63,293 nucleotides of DNA from a virus (lineage: Duplodnaviria; Caudoviricetes). A model generated the notes under the pieces. The model worked only from the letters and a program-made list of their open reading frames with translations. It had not been told where the DNA came from and did no database searches. Shown here one piece after another: positions 27,317 to 36,786 of this stretch (within the stretch, counting starts at the first letter, position 1; the number at the start of each line of letters is the position of its first letter). A program made the position numbers and the translations under genes. The stretch is from positions 1-63,293 of the IMG/VR virus record IMGVR_UViG_3300025875_000021. One strand, 5' to 3'.

Positions 27317-28251
27317 CCGCGCAGATCAAGGGCTTCGTAACCCGAGCCGACGCAGGACTTCGTAGTCCTCGCTCCATCAGTCGAAAGATTACGCCCGGCA
27401 ACGGAGGCTGTGCACCCCACTACGGTGGTCCGCCGCAGCCCGCTGCCAAGTTCGGCTCTTCGCACCAGGTGTGTATCAACACTTGGAAGGCGTGGCAGAA
27501 CTACCACATGGACACGCATGGCTGGTCCGACATCGCCTACACGGCCGGCTTCTGTAACCACGGGTTTGTGTTCGCTGGTCGCGGTCATGGTATCCGTACT
27601 GCTGCCAACGGAACGAACTACGGCAACCAGAACTTCTACGCCTTCGTCTGGATCGGTGGAGAGGGTCAGCAGCCCAGCCAGTTGGCCTACGACGCTTGCG
27701 ACTGGCTCATTGAGGATGCTCGAACCAAGGGCGCCGGCCGTGCAGTCAAGCCGCACCGTTTCTTCAAGTCCACCGGGTGTCCTGGTGACCCGTTCGCCAA
27801 CTACGCTCGTCTCCGTGATGGTCTGAACATCGCCACGGCCTCGCATGTCAGTCCGCCGGCTCCTGCCTCGCCTCGTCCGACCTCGATCGCCGCAACCATC
27901 TCGCACAACCGGGTTGACCGAGAGCGGACCAAGCGATTCCAGGCTCACCTCCGCATCACTGCGGATGGTCTGTGGGGAGACACCACTGATCTGCGAGCTC
28001 GCCGGGCTCGAACTGGAGCTCTCGCTCGTGCGGGCTTCCCGCCCACCAAGGAGATCCACGACGTTCGCGCCCTGCAGGAGCTTGTCGGCACCAAGGTCGA
28101 CGGTGTCTGGGGTCCCGACTCTCAGGCCAAGCTCCACGCTTGGATCGAGGGTGTTCAGACACTCCTCACTGTCACTCGAGACGGAGTGTGGGGTTCGCAC
28201 ACCGACTCGGCATTCCTGCAGTTCCGTCTCGCCAACCTGAACAAGTTCTAA
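27313..28251 (+). CDS. Endolysin: N-acetylmuramoyl-L-alanine amidase plus PG-binding repeats
   Basis: HMDTHGWSDIAY, FAGRG, PHRFFKSTGCPG; three DGxWG repeats. Confidence 0.9.
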   Translation: MTAQIKGFVTRADAGLRSPRSISRKITPGNGGCAPHYGGPPQPAAKFGSSHQVCINTWKAWQNYHMDTHGWSDIAYTAGFCNHGFVFAGRGHGIRTAANGTNYGNQNFYAFVWIGGEGQQPSQLAYDACDWLIEDARTKGAGRAVKPHRFFKSTGCPGDPFANYARLRDGLNIATASHVSPPAPASPRPTSIAATISHNRVDRERTKRFQAHLRITADGLWGDTTDLRARRARTGALARAGFPPTKEIHDVRALQELVGTKVDGVWGPDSQAKLHAWIEGVQTLLTVTRDGVWGSHTDSAFLQFRLANLNKF

Positions 28252-28272
28252 CCACCTGAAGGAGGTGTCTAC

Positions 28273-28656
28273 GTGAGCAGCAGCATCCTTACCACTACAA
28301 AGAAGGCTCTCGGCTTGCCCGAGGACTATACGGCCTTCGATCCTGAGCTGGTGATGCACATCAACAGCGCGCTGGCAACGCTGAACCAGATCGGAGTGGG
28401 TCCACAACAGGGATTCATGATCGAGGATGCTGCTGCCACGTGGGAAGAGTTCATCGGTGTCGACCCAAGGCGCAACAACGTCAAGCAGCTCGTCTACCTC
28501 AAGGTTCGTCTCGTCTTCGATCCCCCGGGAACCTCGTTTCTGCTGACAGCTTTCCAGGAGCAGATTCAACAGCTCGAATGGCGAGTGCTTGTCACTGAAG
28601 AGTCGGGTCCGATCGCAGCTCCGACAGAGATCGTCCTCGACGGTGGACAAAGCTAA
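28273..28656 (+). CDS. Head-to-tail connector-like protein
   Basis: SILTTTKKALG..FD.ELVMHINSA..L.Q.G, VYLKVRLVFDPP, LEWR; ends in VLDGG. Confidence 0.65.
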   Translation: MSSSILTTTKKALGLPEDYTAFDPELVMHINSALATLNQIGVGPQQGFMIEDAAATWEEFIGVDPRRNNVKQLVYLKVRLVFDPPGTSFLLTAFQEQIQQLEWRVLVTEESGPIAAPTEIVLDGGQS

Positions 28657-28667
28657 GGAGGCGGACC

Positions 28668-28946
28668 GTGGAGACGAACTACCGCTTCAAGTTTCGTCGA
28701 GTTATGCCCGGCACCGACCCGGTACTTCTTGAACGAGAGCCCGGTTTCGATCTTGATGCCGGAGTGTTCAAAATCGGAGATGGTTACAGTCGTTGGTCCC
28801 AGTTGAAAACATACATGCCCCAACGGTCTGGCTCACAGGAAGACATTCCTGCAGCGCTAGTAGACCACATCGAGTCGGAACTGCCTCACCCCGTCTATGA
28901 TGACGGACCATCCCTGTCCTTGATCTATCAAAACGCAAAGGTATAG
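28668..28946 (+). CDS. Small protein with an Mtd/hyaluronidase-type N-terminal domain
   Basis: PVLLEREPG.D...FKIGDG...WSQL. Confidence 0.65.
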   Translation: METNYRFKFRRVMPGTDPVLLEREPGFDLDAGVFKIGDGYSRWSQLKTYMPQRSGSQEDIPAALVDHIESELPHPVYDDGPSLSLIYQNAKV

Positions 28947-28949
28947 CCC

Positions 28950-29513
28950 ATGTCACTTCAGACCCGCATTGCCGATCTCGTCACAGCGATCGGTACTGAC
29001 ATCAAGCAGCTCCGCGTCTGGACCACGGGCTCTGCCAGTGGTTCTCTGACCGGTCTGACTACGACCACCAAGACCGACATCGTCTCGGCCATTAACGAGG
29101 TCAACGCCAAGCCCGTCGGTAACACTCCGGGTACAGCGACCGAGACTCAGCAGGGTATCGTCGAGCTTGCAACACTCGCCGAGGTCGCCACAGGTACTGA
29201 CGCTACTCGAGCGGTAACGGCAGCGGGTGTTAGGCAGGAGCGCCTGGCCCTTAAGACGGAGATTCTAGGCGTCAACGTCCCGGCGGCTCTCGACACTCTC
29301 GACGAGCTTGCTCAGTCAATTGGGGACAACGCCGACTTTGCTGGGGCAACGACTGCGGCCCTTGGGAATCGGCTTCGGATCGACGTCAGCAACCAGGCAC
29401 TGACCACAGCACAGCAGGTGAACGGTCAGACCAACCTCAACGTCTACAGCAAGACGGAGATCGGCAATCCTGAGACCGATCTCGTCGCTGTCTACGCCAC
29501 TGCGAAGGCGTGA
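28950..29513 (+). CDS. Virion fibre/adaptor protein
   Basis: LTTTTKTDIVSAINEV, ATETQQGIVELAT, PAALDTLDELA fibre motifs. Confidence 0.7.
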   Translation: MSLQTRIADLVTAIGTDIKQLRVWTTGSASGSLTGLTTTTKTDIVSAINEVNAKPVGNTPGTATETQQGIVELATLAEVATGTDATRAVTAAGVRQERLALKTEILGVNVPAALDTLDELAQSIGDNADFAGATTAALGNRLRIDVSNQALTTAQQVNGQTNLNVYSKTEIGNPETDLVAVYATAKA

Positions 29514-31171
29514 GTCTGGAATCTCGCCTCATAGCTCTGGTTCAGGCTATCGGGGCGGACGTCAAGAGCTTGCGTTCGTCGACGGGTACGGCACCAACTG
29601 TCGCTTGGGTAAATTCAGTTCAAGAGGCTGATGCTCTTCCTCCGGGAACACTCGCCATTATTCTTGGATCTGTTGGTAAGTACCTCCAGACGTGGGCTGA
29701 TGTCACAGCGAAGGCCGCAACCGAGCCAATCTATATCGCACACCGAGGTGGTGGTACTTCACTCGCCAAGGACGGAGCAATCTCCTCTGTTGAGTGGGTC
29801 AAGTCAACCGGGCTTGCTCTCAACAACATGATTGTTGATGGTGGAGATGGCCGAGTGAGTTCGAACGGCATTCTTGTCGTGTCGCATGACGACCTTACGG
29901 GAACACTATTCGATCAGAACCTCTCAGTCACTGCATCAACGGCAGCCGCCTTGACGAATCTTAATTTCCGGGACTTCCCACTCTATCGAGGAACGATCTC
30001 GACAGAGAAGATGCCGACCATGCTTCAGTACTTGACGGCGTGTAAGGCTGCAGGAATTTTCGCTGTTCCGGAGATCAAGACGGATGCCGGGGCCACGCTT
30101 ATTCGAGACATCGTGGTGGAGCTGGGCATGCAGACGCAGACTCAGGTTCAGGCATTCGCGTCCACAGCTGCGCAGGCCAACCTTCGTCTCGGTCCTAGTC
30201 GTGCCGCCGGAATTTCTGTTGGGTTGCTGCAGAACACGGGCACCAACAACATCGGATTCCCGGCAATCAAGACGTGCGTCAACGGCGGAGCGCCGGACGT
30301 TGTGCTCTACGATCCGGCAGCCGATCCGGGTAATGCTTGGATCTCGGCAGCGATTGCTGCCGGCATCAAGCTTCAGGTGGGAACAATTGAACGGCACGTT
30401 ATTCGAGATGCTCAGCGAGCTCGAGTAGAAGGTCTGGGAGGCAAGGTCTCCTTCTTCGTGTCTGATGATCCGTTCTACACGGCCGGGAAGACTCTTAGGA
30501 AAACTGCTAGCAATTTCTCGTCACACGTGCAGCACGGCCTTATTGAGTCGGATACGTCGGCGCCTCTGACAGTCAACACAGTGCTTCAGAGGCTACAGTT
30601 CCATGATGCAGACATCCAGTTCTCTCTGTGGGGCGAGCTTTCCGCTACAACGATCGAGGATCACTGGCGGACGCTTGAGTACGATCTGACGTTCGACGCT
30701 CTTGATACTGAGGGTCAGGGCGACTCAGGCCAACGGTGGTTTGCTGTTTTCTTCGGTGTTCCGGATGACGCATCCTTGCATGACGGTGTTCAAAACCCGT
30801 CTGGAGCGATTTCGTTTCACTTCCGGCAGTCCGGCTACATGGACATGTACAACCGAACTAGTTCCACGGTCTCAACTCGTGTTGCAAGTACAAGCCCCAC
30901 GGCATCGCCCGAGACTATGGGTGCTCGACGGGACACGAACAACGCTCCAGTAGTCACCGGACAAACGGTTCGGATACGAATCGAGAATCTTGTTGATTCC
31001 GCGGGCGTGCTCCTTAACCAGGTGCGAGTCACTCGGCTTGACACGGGTCAGTGGATTCAGTGTCCGGTAGGTAGCGCACCTCTTCGCGGTGGTTATGTGC
31101 ACTTTGGTCGAAACGGAACTTTCGGACTAAAGAATTCCATTTCCAACGTCACCGCTACCTATAGAAGCTAG
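29510..31171 (+). CDS. Virion-associated glycerophosphodiester phosphodiesterase (GDPD)-domain protein 1
   Basis: IAHRG, D.R.SS.G.LVVSHD, MPTM, EIK, FVSDDP. Confidence 0.75.
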   Translation: MSLESRLIALVQAIGADVKSLRSSTGTAPTVAWVNSVQEADALPPGTLAIILGSVGKYLQTWADVTAKAATEPIYIAHRGGGTSLAKDGAISSVEWVKSTGLALNNMIVDGGDGRVSSNGILVVSHDDLTGTLFDQNLSVTASTAAALTNLNFRDFPLYRGTISTEKMPTMLQYLTACKAAGIFAVPEIKTDAGATLIRDIVVELGMQTQTQVQAFASTAAQANLRLGPSRAAGISVGLLQNTGTNNIGFPAIKTCVNGGAPDVVLYDPAADPGNAWISAAIAAGIKLQVGTIERHVIRDAQRARVEGLGGKVSFFVSDDPFYTAGKTLRKTASNFSSHVQHGLIESDTSAPLTVNTVLQRLQFHDADIQFSLWGELSATTIEDHWRTLEYDLTFDALDTEGQGDSGQRWFAVFFGVPDDASLHDGVQNPSGAISFHFRQSGYMDMYNRTSSTVSTRVASTSPTASPETMGARRDTNNAPVVTGQTVRIRIENLVDSAGVLLNQVRVTRLDTGQWIQCPVGSAPLRGGYVHFGRNGTFGLKNSISNVTATYRS

Positions 31172-31180
31172 GAGGGAAGC

Positions 31181-31684
31181 ATGTCAGTCACACATAAGGA
31201 CGTCGTCGGTCTAGACAAGACCGATGAAACAGGCGTTGTTGACGGTCTTGACTGGGCTGCTGATCACAACGCTCCAGCTTCAGAGGTCACGCTTTTTCGT
31301 GAGGGCGCAACGGCCATTGTCATCACGAACCTTCCTGCAGCCCTCGCCGAGCTTTCGACGAACATTGGTAGAACTCGCACCTACTACGACATGTCGTACG
31401 TAACGTCTTGTCGTGTTGTCGTCGGTCAGTCTATCGCGGCTTCGGTAAGCACCGAAATTCGAGTTCAGTACAGCCTAGACAACGGAACTACGTGGGCATA
31501 TCTCGACGGGGTAGCAGGTCCGAGTTCGGGAGCGCTAGGAACAACCGCAAACCAGAACGTTCGAGGCCCTTGGGTTCCGTTGGTCGCAGCTGCTCGAGCC
31601 GACGTGCTCCTGCGTGTCGTTACGATAAACGGAAACGGCACGGCTGACCCCGCCTTTTGGTTTGTAACCCTTCAGGTGCAGTAA
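31181..31684 (+). CDS. Putative minor virion protein
   Basis: Beta-rich; QYSLDNGTTW. Confidence 0.7.
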   Translation: MSVTHKDVVGLDKTDETGVVDGLDWAADHNAPASEVTLFREGATAIVITNLPAALAELSTNIGRTRTYYDMSYVTSCRVVVGQSIAASVSTEIRVQYSLDNGTTWAYLDGVAGPSSGALGTTANQNVRGPWVPLVAAARADVLLRVVTINGNGTADPAFWFVTLQVQ

Positions 31685-31875
31685 TGGGTAGCTTTAGTAG
31701 AAAAGCTTTCTCGTCAAAGGCTTTCGGAACTCTAAAGGTTGTCGAGCAACCGTCTGAAAGCGGACTTGTGGTTCGCGTCAATGGAGTTGATCGAGTGATT
31801 GTTGGTTATCGTCTAAACGGCGTTGATCAGACAGCGGTCAGTGTGCGTTTAAACGGAGTCTTCGTTACCAACTAA
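31684..31875 (+). CDS. Small hypothetical protein
   Basis: TAATG coupling; R[VL]NGV three times. Confidence 0.6.
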   Translation: MGSFSRKAFSSKAFGTLKVVEQPSESGLVVRVNGVDRVIVGYRLNGVDQTAVSVRLNGVFVTN

Positions 31876-31899
31876 CTACAAACACAATAGGGGTGTCGC

Positions 31900-33810
31900 A
31901 TGGTCGTCGAGTATCGTAGGTTCGCGCTTCGACGCGGATCAGCAACCGCTTGGCTTTCTGAAAACGAAATTCTCGCCGACGGCGAGGAGGGTTATGAGAA
32001 GGACACTCGCCGTCGTAAGGTTGGTGACGGAGTTACTGCGTGGCGAGATCTTCCCTATGACGGTCCTGCTTCGGGATCCTCCATCGACGACAACAAGGTA
32101 ACTCCTGCTTCCGTTTGGTCTTCCACCAAGACATCCAACGAGATCGACTCAGGCCTTTCGGACCTCAAGAACGAGTTCGAAGCAATCGTTGCTCCGAGTG
32201 TTCCGACTATTGCATGGGTAAACACAGAGGAGGAGGCTGACGCGCTTCCTCCGGGAACGCTCGCCATCATTCTCACTCCGCTGGGCTCTGTGGGCACATA
32301 CCTCACAACGTGGTCGTCTCTCAAGACCGCGATTGCCAAGGGTGAGCCGGTCATCATTGCGCACCGAGGAGCGGGTACCAACATCGCCAAGGATGGTGCA
32401 CTTTCAACGCTGGACTATGGTGCCGCAATGCCTAACGGGTATAGCGGACTGATCATTCCTGATGGTGGGGATGGCCGCTTGACGTCCGACGGCGTTCTAG
32501 TCGTCTCACACGATGACGCGACAGGGAATCTCTTCAACGCAAACATCACTGTCTCGACAAGCACCCTCGCGCAGTTCAAGGCTCTCCGGTTCAAGGACTT
32601 CCCGCTCTACCGGGGGACGATCAGCACTGAGGCTCCGCCCACCATGGAGGAGTACTTGCAAAAGTGCAAGGAGATGGGTCTCTTCACGGTTCCCGAGATC
32701 AAGCAGGACGAGTCCGCTCAGAAGATCGTAGACATCGTTCTGGCAACGGGCATGAAGGACCAGTGCATGATCCAGGCGTTCGCTTCAACTCCTGCACAGG
32801 CAACGTTGCGGCTCGGAAAGGCTAAGGCTGCAGGCATCGCCGTTGGCCTGCTACAGAGCGGTAGTGCAAACAACATCGGGTTCCCAGCCATTACCACATG
32901 TATCAACGGAGGCCCGCCGGATCTCGTGCTCTATGATCCGGCATCTCCCACCTTCACGGATGCTTGGTTGTCTGCGGCGATTGCTGCGGGAATCACGCTT
33001 CAGGCTGGGACGTTCGAGCGTCGTCACATCGCCGATGAGCAGAAGGCCCGCGTAGAGGGTCTTGGTGGAAAGCTGGGTCTCGTCGTTTCAGACGATCCCT
33101 TCTACACGGGTCGACGACTTCTTCCGATCGACGCTGATCGATGGGACACCGTCTACGCTGAGCACGGCATTCTCCCTTCCCTCGAGACCCCCGCTGCAGC
33201 TTTGCCTCGGGTCATCCAAAATGGGACCAGCGGAAAGCTCTTCTTCCCGGCTTCTACCGCGGCGGGTCGCTACGTTCTCATGGGTGCGTTCTCTGACGAG
33301 GTGAACTTCGAGTCGCTCGAGTTCACGGCAACGCTCGATTCGGCGAACACTAACACTCAGCAGTGGATCGGTGTTTTCTGGGGCATGTCGCACGACAAGA
33401 ACTATCACGATGGTGTGACAACGGTTCCTGGAAGCCTTGCCATGAACGTTCGAATGACTGGCGAGCTGAACATGTACCACCGAGACATGGCCAACGTGTC
33501 TAACCGTGTGGGTACGTCACTAGCTACGGTAACCACAGGTATCGGTCCTCGAAGTGGAGCAGGCAATGAGCCTGACTGGGTAGTCGCCGGGGATCACCGT
33601 ATTCGACTTCAGCGACTTCGAGATGCAGCTACGGGACAGTTCAATGACGCATGGCGTCTTACGGACCTGACCAGCGGTATCTGGATCGAAAGTGTTGCTG
33701 GAGTTATGCCCAGCTATGGTGGATACTTCCACATCGGAACAAACGCAGTCCTTGGGGGCTCGTATAGCATCAAGGACGTCGTCATCACTCGGGTTCCAGT
33801 GGAGGAGTAA
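31900..33810 (+). CDS. Mtd-type N-domain plus GDPD-domain protein 2
   Basis: RRGSATAW..N.IL.DGE.G.E.DT...KVGDG...W..LPY; IAHRG, VVSHD, EIK, VSDDP. Confidence 0.75.
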   Translation: MVVEYRRFALRRGSATAWLSENEILADGEEGYEKDTRRRKVGDGVTAWRDLPYDGPASGSSIDDNKVTPASVWSSTKTSNEIDSGLSDLKNEFEAIVAPSVPTIAWVNTEEEADALPPGTLAIILTPLGSVGTYLTTWSSLKTAIAKGEPVIIAHRGAGTNIAKDGALSTLDYGAAMPNGYSGLIIPDGGDGRLTSDGVLVVSHDDATGNLFNANITVSTSTLAQFKALRFKDFPLYRGTISTEAPPTMEEYLQKCKEMGLFTVPEIKQDESAQKIVDIVLATGMKDQCMIQAFASTPAQATLRLGKAKAAGIAVGLLQSGSANNIGFPAITTCINGGPPDLVLYDPASPTFTDAWLSAAIAAGITLQAGTFERRHIADEQKARVEGLGGKLGLVVSDDPFYTGRRLLPIDADRWDTVYAEHGILPSLETPAAALPRVIQNGTSGKLFFPASTAAGRYVLMGAFSDEVNFESLEFTATLDSANTNTQQWIGVFWGMSHDKNYHDGVTTVPGSLAMNVRMTGELNMYHRDMANVSNRVGTSLATVTTGIGPRSGAGNEPDWVVAGDHRIRLQRLRDAATGQFNDAWRLTDLTSGIWIESVAGVMPSYGGYFHIGTNAVLGGSYSIKDVVITRVPVEE

Positions 33811-33812
33811 TC

Positions 33813-35651
33813 ATGGCAACACCGTCGGATTGGCAGGTGCGGCTCGACAAGGTCAACAGGACGATTCAGTCGTTTCGATTGAATGGTCAAAACTATGGGG
33901 TTGATGCACTTCGTTTGGATCAGGTTAATCGAGCTGTGGGAACACCGCTAACTCCGGTTACGCCTATCCCACCCAAGCCCAAGCCTCCGATCGAGCCGGA
34001 GAACTCTATCTGGACAATTCGAGCGGATCTTCCTTTCGATGTTCCGAAGCCGGAGATTCTGCGAGCGGTGTCAAAGAAGTATTTCGCACACTACTTCTTC
34101 ACCTTCCCTGTTGCACTTACGGCCAACCAGGATTCGCCTACGGCACCTGACGTCGACACGCGGATCGCTGCTGACGACACGCCCAACTCTACGGTTAACC
34201 AGTGGCACCGATGGAACCCGCCGTCCTATGGTTCCTATGTTGCTTATGGCGGCGAGGTTCGAGATCGTCCTGGATACATGCGCAACATTCGACCTACGGT
34301 TGAGTCGCCGACGCTTCCGGGGAAGATGCTCGACTTCCGAGTCCAGGACAAGATCACCGAGATCCGGCAGGCAATGTCGGCCGGGATCGATGGTTTCACG
34401 CCTGACTGGCTTGACGTCCCGGTTAACGACGCTGAGTACAACATGTCAGTGGCCGCTACAAAGGGCGGTGCACCGCTTTTCTGGCGAAGGATTGTCGAGC
34501 TGTACGAGGCGTGCGCTGAGGTCAACAGGCAGGATGGCGCCGGAAGCTTCTACTTGGTTCCGATGCCGGATAGCACCACAAACGCAACGCTTACCGCTGC
34601 AAATCTGGCAAAGGCCATTCTCTACTTGCAGAAGACGTATCCCGGAGTGCATTACTTCCGAAACAACCGTCTCATGCTCGCGCCCTACTACCCTGAGTCC
34701 GCACCGGACAAGACGGGTACTGGGAACGTGCCTCTCGACTTCTGGAAGAACGTTATTGCCACCATCAAGGTCGGCGGCTATGACACATATTTCCTGCCTT
34801 GCTATCAGAGGACTTGGAACACTGCTGGACAGCAGCCCTTGTTCCAGGGAATCACGCATGGTATTTCTCGGTGGGGCGATCGCTCTCCGGCTCAGTGCCG
34901 CGGTGAGACCTCCCAGAACCGTCAGATGCACAAGGCGATCAAGGCCGGTTTCCCCGGCAACGAATTCATGTGCCCAGTCACGGCGCAGGACTTCCGCCCG
35001 AACCAGGGCAACTACTACGAGTGTGATCACTTCGGGACTCTACACGAGTCTTGGCTAACCGCCATTGGCGCGCCAAACGATCCGGATCATATTCCGGCCG
35101 ACCTGGTTCAGGTTCCTACATGGAACGACTATGCCGAGGGAGCGTACATTGCTCCGACGCTTAATCATGGTTGGATCTTCCTCGACATGTCGCTCTTCTA
35201 TGCGATCAAGTGGAAGATGGGCGCCTTTCCCAAGATCAACAAGGACGCTCTATATCTGACGCACCGAGTTCAGCCTACGGATAACGCCGCGGCAATGACG
35301 TACACCGGTGGTCAGACTAGTTTCATGACAAAGCGAGCTGATGGAATGACCGACCAGAACACGGTCGGTGTGGTCTGCTTCTTCAAGGAAGCAAACAACA
35401 CCGTCATATTCAACGTCGGTGGACGTACGGAGACTCGTACCAACGTTGGTTCAGGCCAGCAGTTCGTTAAGGTTCCTCTTCTTCCGTTGGGGACCGGTCT
35501 CATTAGCGTTTCGGCAACTCGAGGCGGCTCGGAGATCGCACGAGTGAACTCTACTGAGCGTCGTAGGGTTAAGACGACGAAGGTTGCACAGGACCGCGCA
35601 TACTACGGGGCAAAGTCGCTGCCGGACGTTGTCTATAAGACCAGTGTCTAA
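33813..35651 (+). CDS. Glycoside hydrolase (GH71/GH99-like)
   Basis: KKYFAHY, EIRQAMSAGIDGF, VQVPTWNDYAEG, ALYLTHR. Confidence 0.7.
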   Translation: MATPSDWQVRLDKVNRTIQSFRLNGQNYGVDALRLDQVNRAVGTPLTPVTPIPPKPKPPIEPENSIWTIRADLPFDVPKPEILRAVSKKYFAHYFFTFPVALTANQDSPTAPDVDTRIAADDTPNSTVNQWHRWNPPSYGSYVAYGGEVRDRPGYMRNIRPTVESPTLPGKMLDFRVQDKITEIRQAMSAGIDGFTPDWLDVPVNDAEYNMSVAATKGGAPLFWRRIVELYEACAEVNRQDGAGSFYLVPMPDSTTNATLTAANLAKAILYLQKTYPGVHYFRNNRLMLAPYYPESAPDKTGTGNVPLDFWKNVIATIKVGGYDTYFLPCYQRTWNTAGQQPLFQGITHGISRWGDRSPAQCRGETSQNRQMHKAIKAGFPGNEFMCPVTAQDFRPNQGNYYECDHFGTLHESWLTAIGAPNDPDHIPADLVQVPTWNDYAEGAYIAPTLNHGWIFLDMSLFYAIKWKMGAFPKINKDALYLTHRVQPTDNAAAMTYTGGQTSFMTKRADGMTDQNTVGVVCFFKEANNTVIFNVGGRTETRTNVGSGQQFVKVPLLPLGTGLISVSATRGGSEIARVNSTERRRVKTTKVAQDRAYYGAKSLPDVVYKTSV

Positions 35652-35682
35652 CACATACAACTAACAGAAGGGAGGTGACTTC

Positions 35683-36219
35683 ATGGACGATAATCTGAAG
35701 GACACCATGGACGCCGGCGAGGACTTCCTCGAGCACTTCGGCGTCAAGGGCATGAAGTGGGGTGTTCGTCGGGACCTGGATCGAATTCGATCTGTTGCCA
35801 CGAAGAGCCACGAGATGGGTTTGGTTGGTAAGCGTCAAAAGGTCAAGGCTGAAGGCGTGCCCTCCAAGCGTCAGCAGAAGAAGATCGACAAGGCAGAGTA
35901 CAAGGACTGGCGAAAGGACGCCATGGGCACTGAGAAGGCCAACAAGGCTTTCCAGGACGCCGCCAAGTCCTTTGACAAGCCGCTCAAGGCGATTAACAAT
36001 GACCCGGCGTTCAAGGGGAAGGATCTCGATGCTCCCGAAAACCGTCGGCTCAGAAAGACGTATGACGAGGTTGTTTCTGAGGTGTTCAATGAGCACCTCG
36101 CTCAGGCTTCGATCAATCTGACGTACAACCCCAAGACCGAGCGGGCGGTCATCTATCGGTTCGACAGTAATGTCGGCATGATGAAGGCAACGGAGGTGAA
36201 GGCACAGTGGGAGGACTAG
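35683..36219 (+). CDS. Basic protein with HFGxKGMKWGVRR motif (1)
   Basis: TMDAGEDFLEHFGVKGMKWGVRR; RBS ggaggtg. Confidence 0.8.
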   Translation: MDDNLKDTMDAGEDFLEHFGVKGMKWGVRRDLDRIRSVATKSHEMGLVGKRQKVKAEGVPSKRQQKKIDKAEYKDWRKDAMGTEKANKAFQDAAKSFDKPLKAINNDPAFKGKDLDAPENRRLRKTYDEVVSEVFNEHLAQASINLTYNPKTERAVIYRFDSNVGMMKATEVKAQWED

Positions 36220-36776
36220 GGATCGCAACGCAGTACCCCGACTTCAAGGTCAGTACGAACAACCTCGGCCATGTCATCTCTATCACGCCCGAGAAGCTGA
36301 AGGAGGACACCACTCTTCAGCAGACGATGGACAGCGGTGAGGACTTCCTCGAACACTTCGGTACCAAGGGGATGAAGTGGGGTGTTCGTCGAAGTCGAGC
36401 AGAGCGTCGTGCTTCCAGAGAGGCTCCGTCGGAGGTCAAGGTCAAGACCAAGGCCTCTCTTCGAGGTGCCGAGGCCATCAGCGTCAAGAACAAGGCCGGA
36501 CAGGGCGTCACTAAGACCGCGGGTGGTCGCCGCAATGTAGCGACCACTGATGCCGTCAAGACAAAGGCGGCCCGGCAGAAGGCGAAGGCTAGCACTACCG
36601 ACGCTCTTACCAATGCCGAACTCAAGGCCGCTGTTGAGCGGATGAATCTTGAGCAGCAGTACGCGAAGCTTGAGAAGGCTCAGCCTCGTCGAAAGCGCGG
36701 CGCCGAGTTCATCAAGGGACTCATGGATGAGTACGGCGAGCAGGCCCTTCTCGGGGTTCTAGCTAAGAAGAAGTAA
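36207..36776 (+). CDS. Basic protein with HFGxKGMKWGVRR motif (2)
   Basis: TMDSGEDFLEHFGTKGMKWGVRR; LTNAELKAAVERMNLEQQY; start uncertain. Confidence 0.75.
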   Translation: MGGLGIATQYPDFKVSTNNLGHVISITPEKLKEDTTLQQTMDSGEDFLEHFGTKGMKWGVRRSRAERRASREAPSEVKVKTKASLRGAEAISVKNKAGQGVTKTAGGRRNVATTDAVKTKAARQKAKASTTDALTNAELKAAVERMNLEQQYAKLEKAQPRRKRGAEFIKGLMDEYGEQALLGVLAKKK

Positions 36777-36786
36777 GGAGGAGCTC

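Noticed and set aside
27220-28650. Long minus-strand ORFs (e.g. 476 aa here, 40728-41939, 42039-43073, 53469-54515)
   Set aside because: Antisense shadows of GC3-rich + strand genes; no recognisable motifs, and they overlap well-supported genes
36171-36219. Programmed -1 frameshift fusing the two HFGxKGMKW genes
   Set aside because: Frames overlap but there is no slippery heptamer, and GTG 36207 has its own GGAGGTG RBS; not excluded but unsupported
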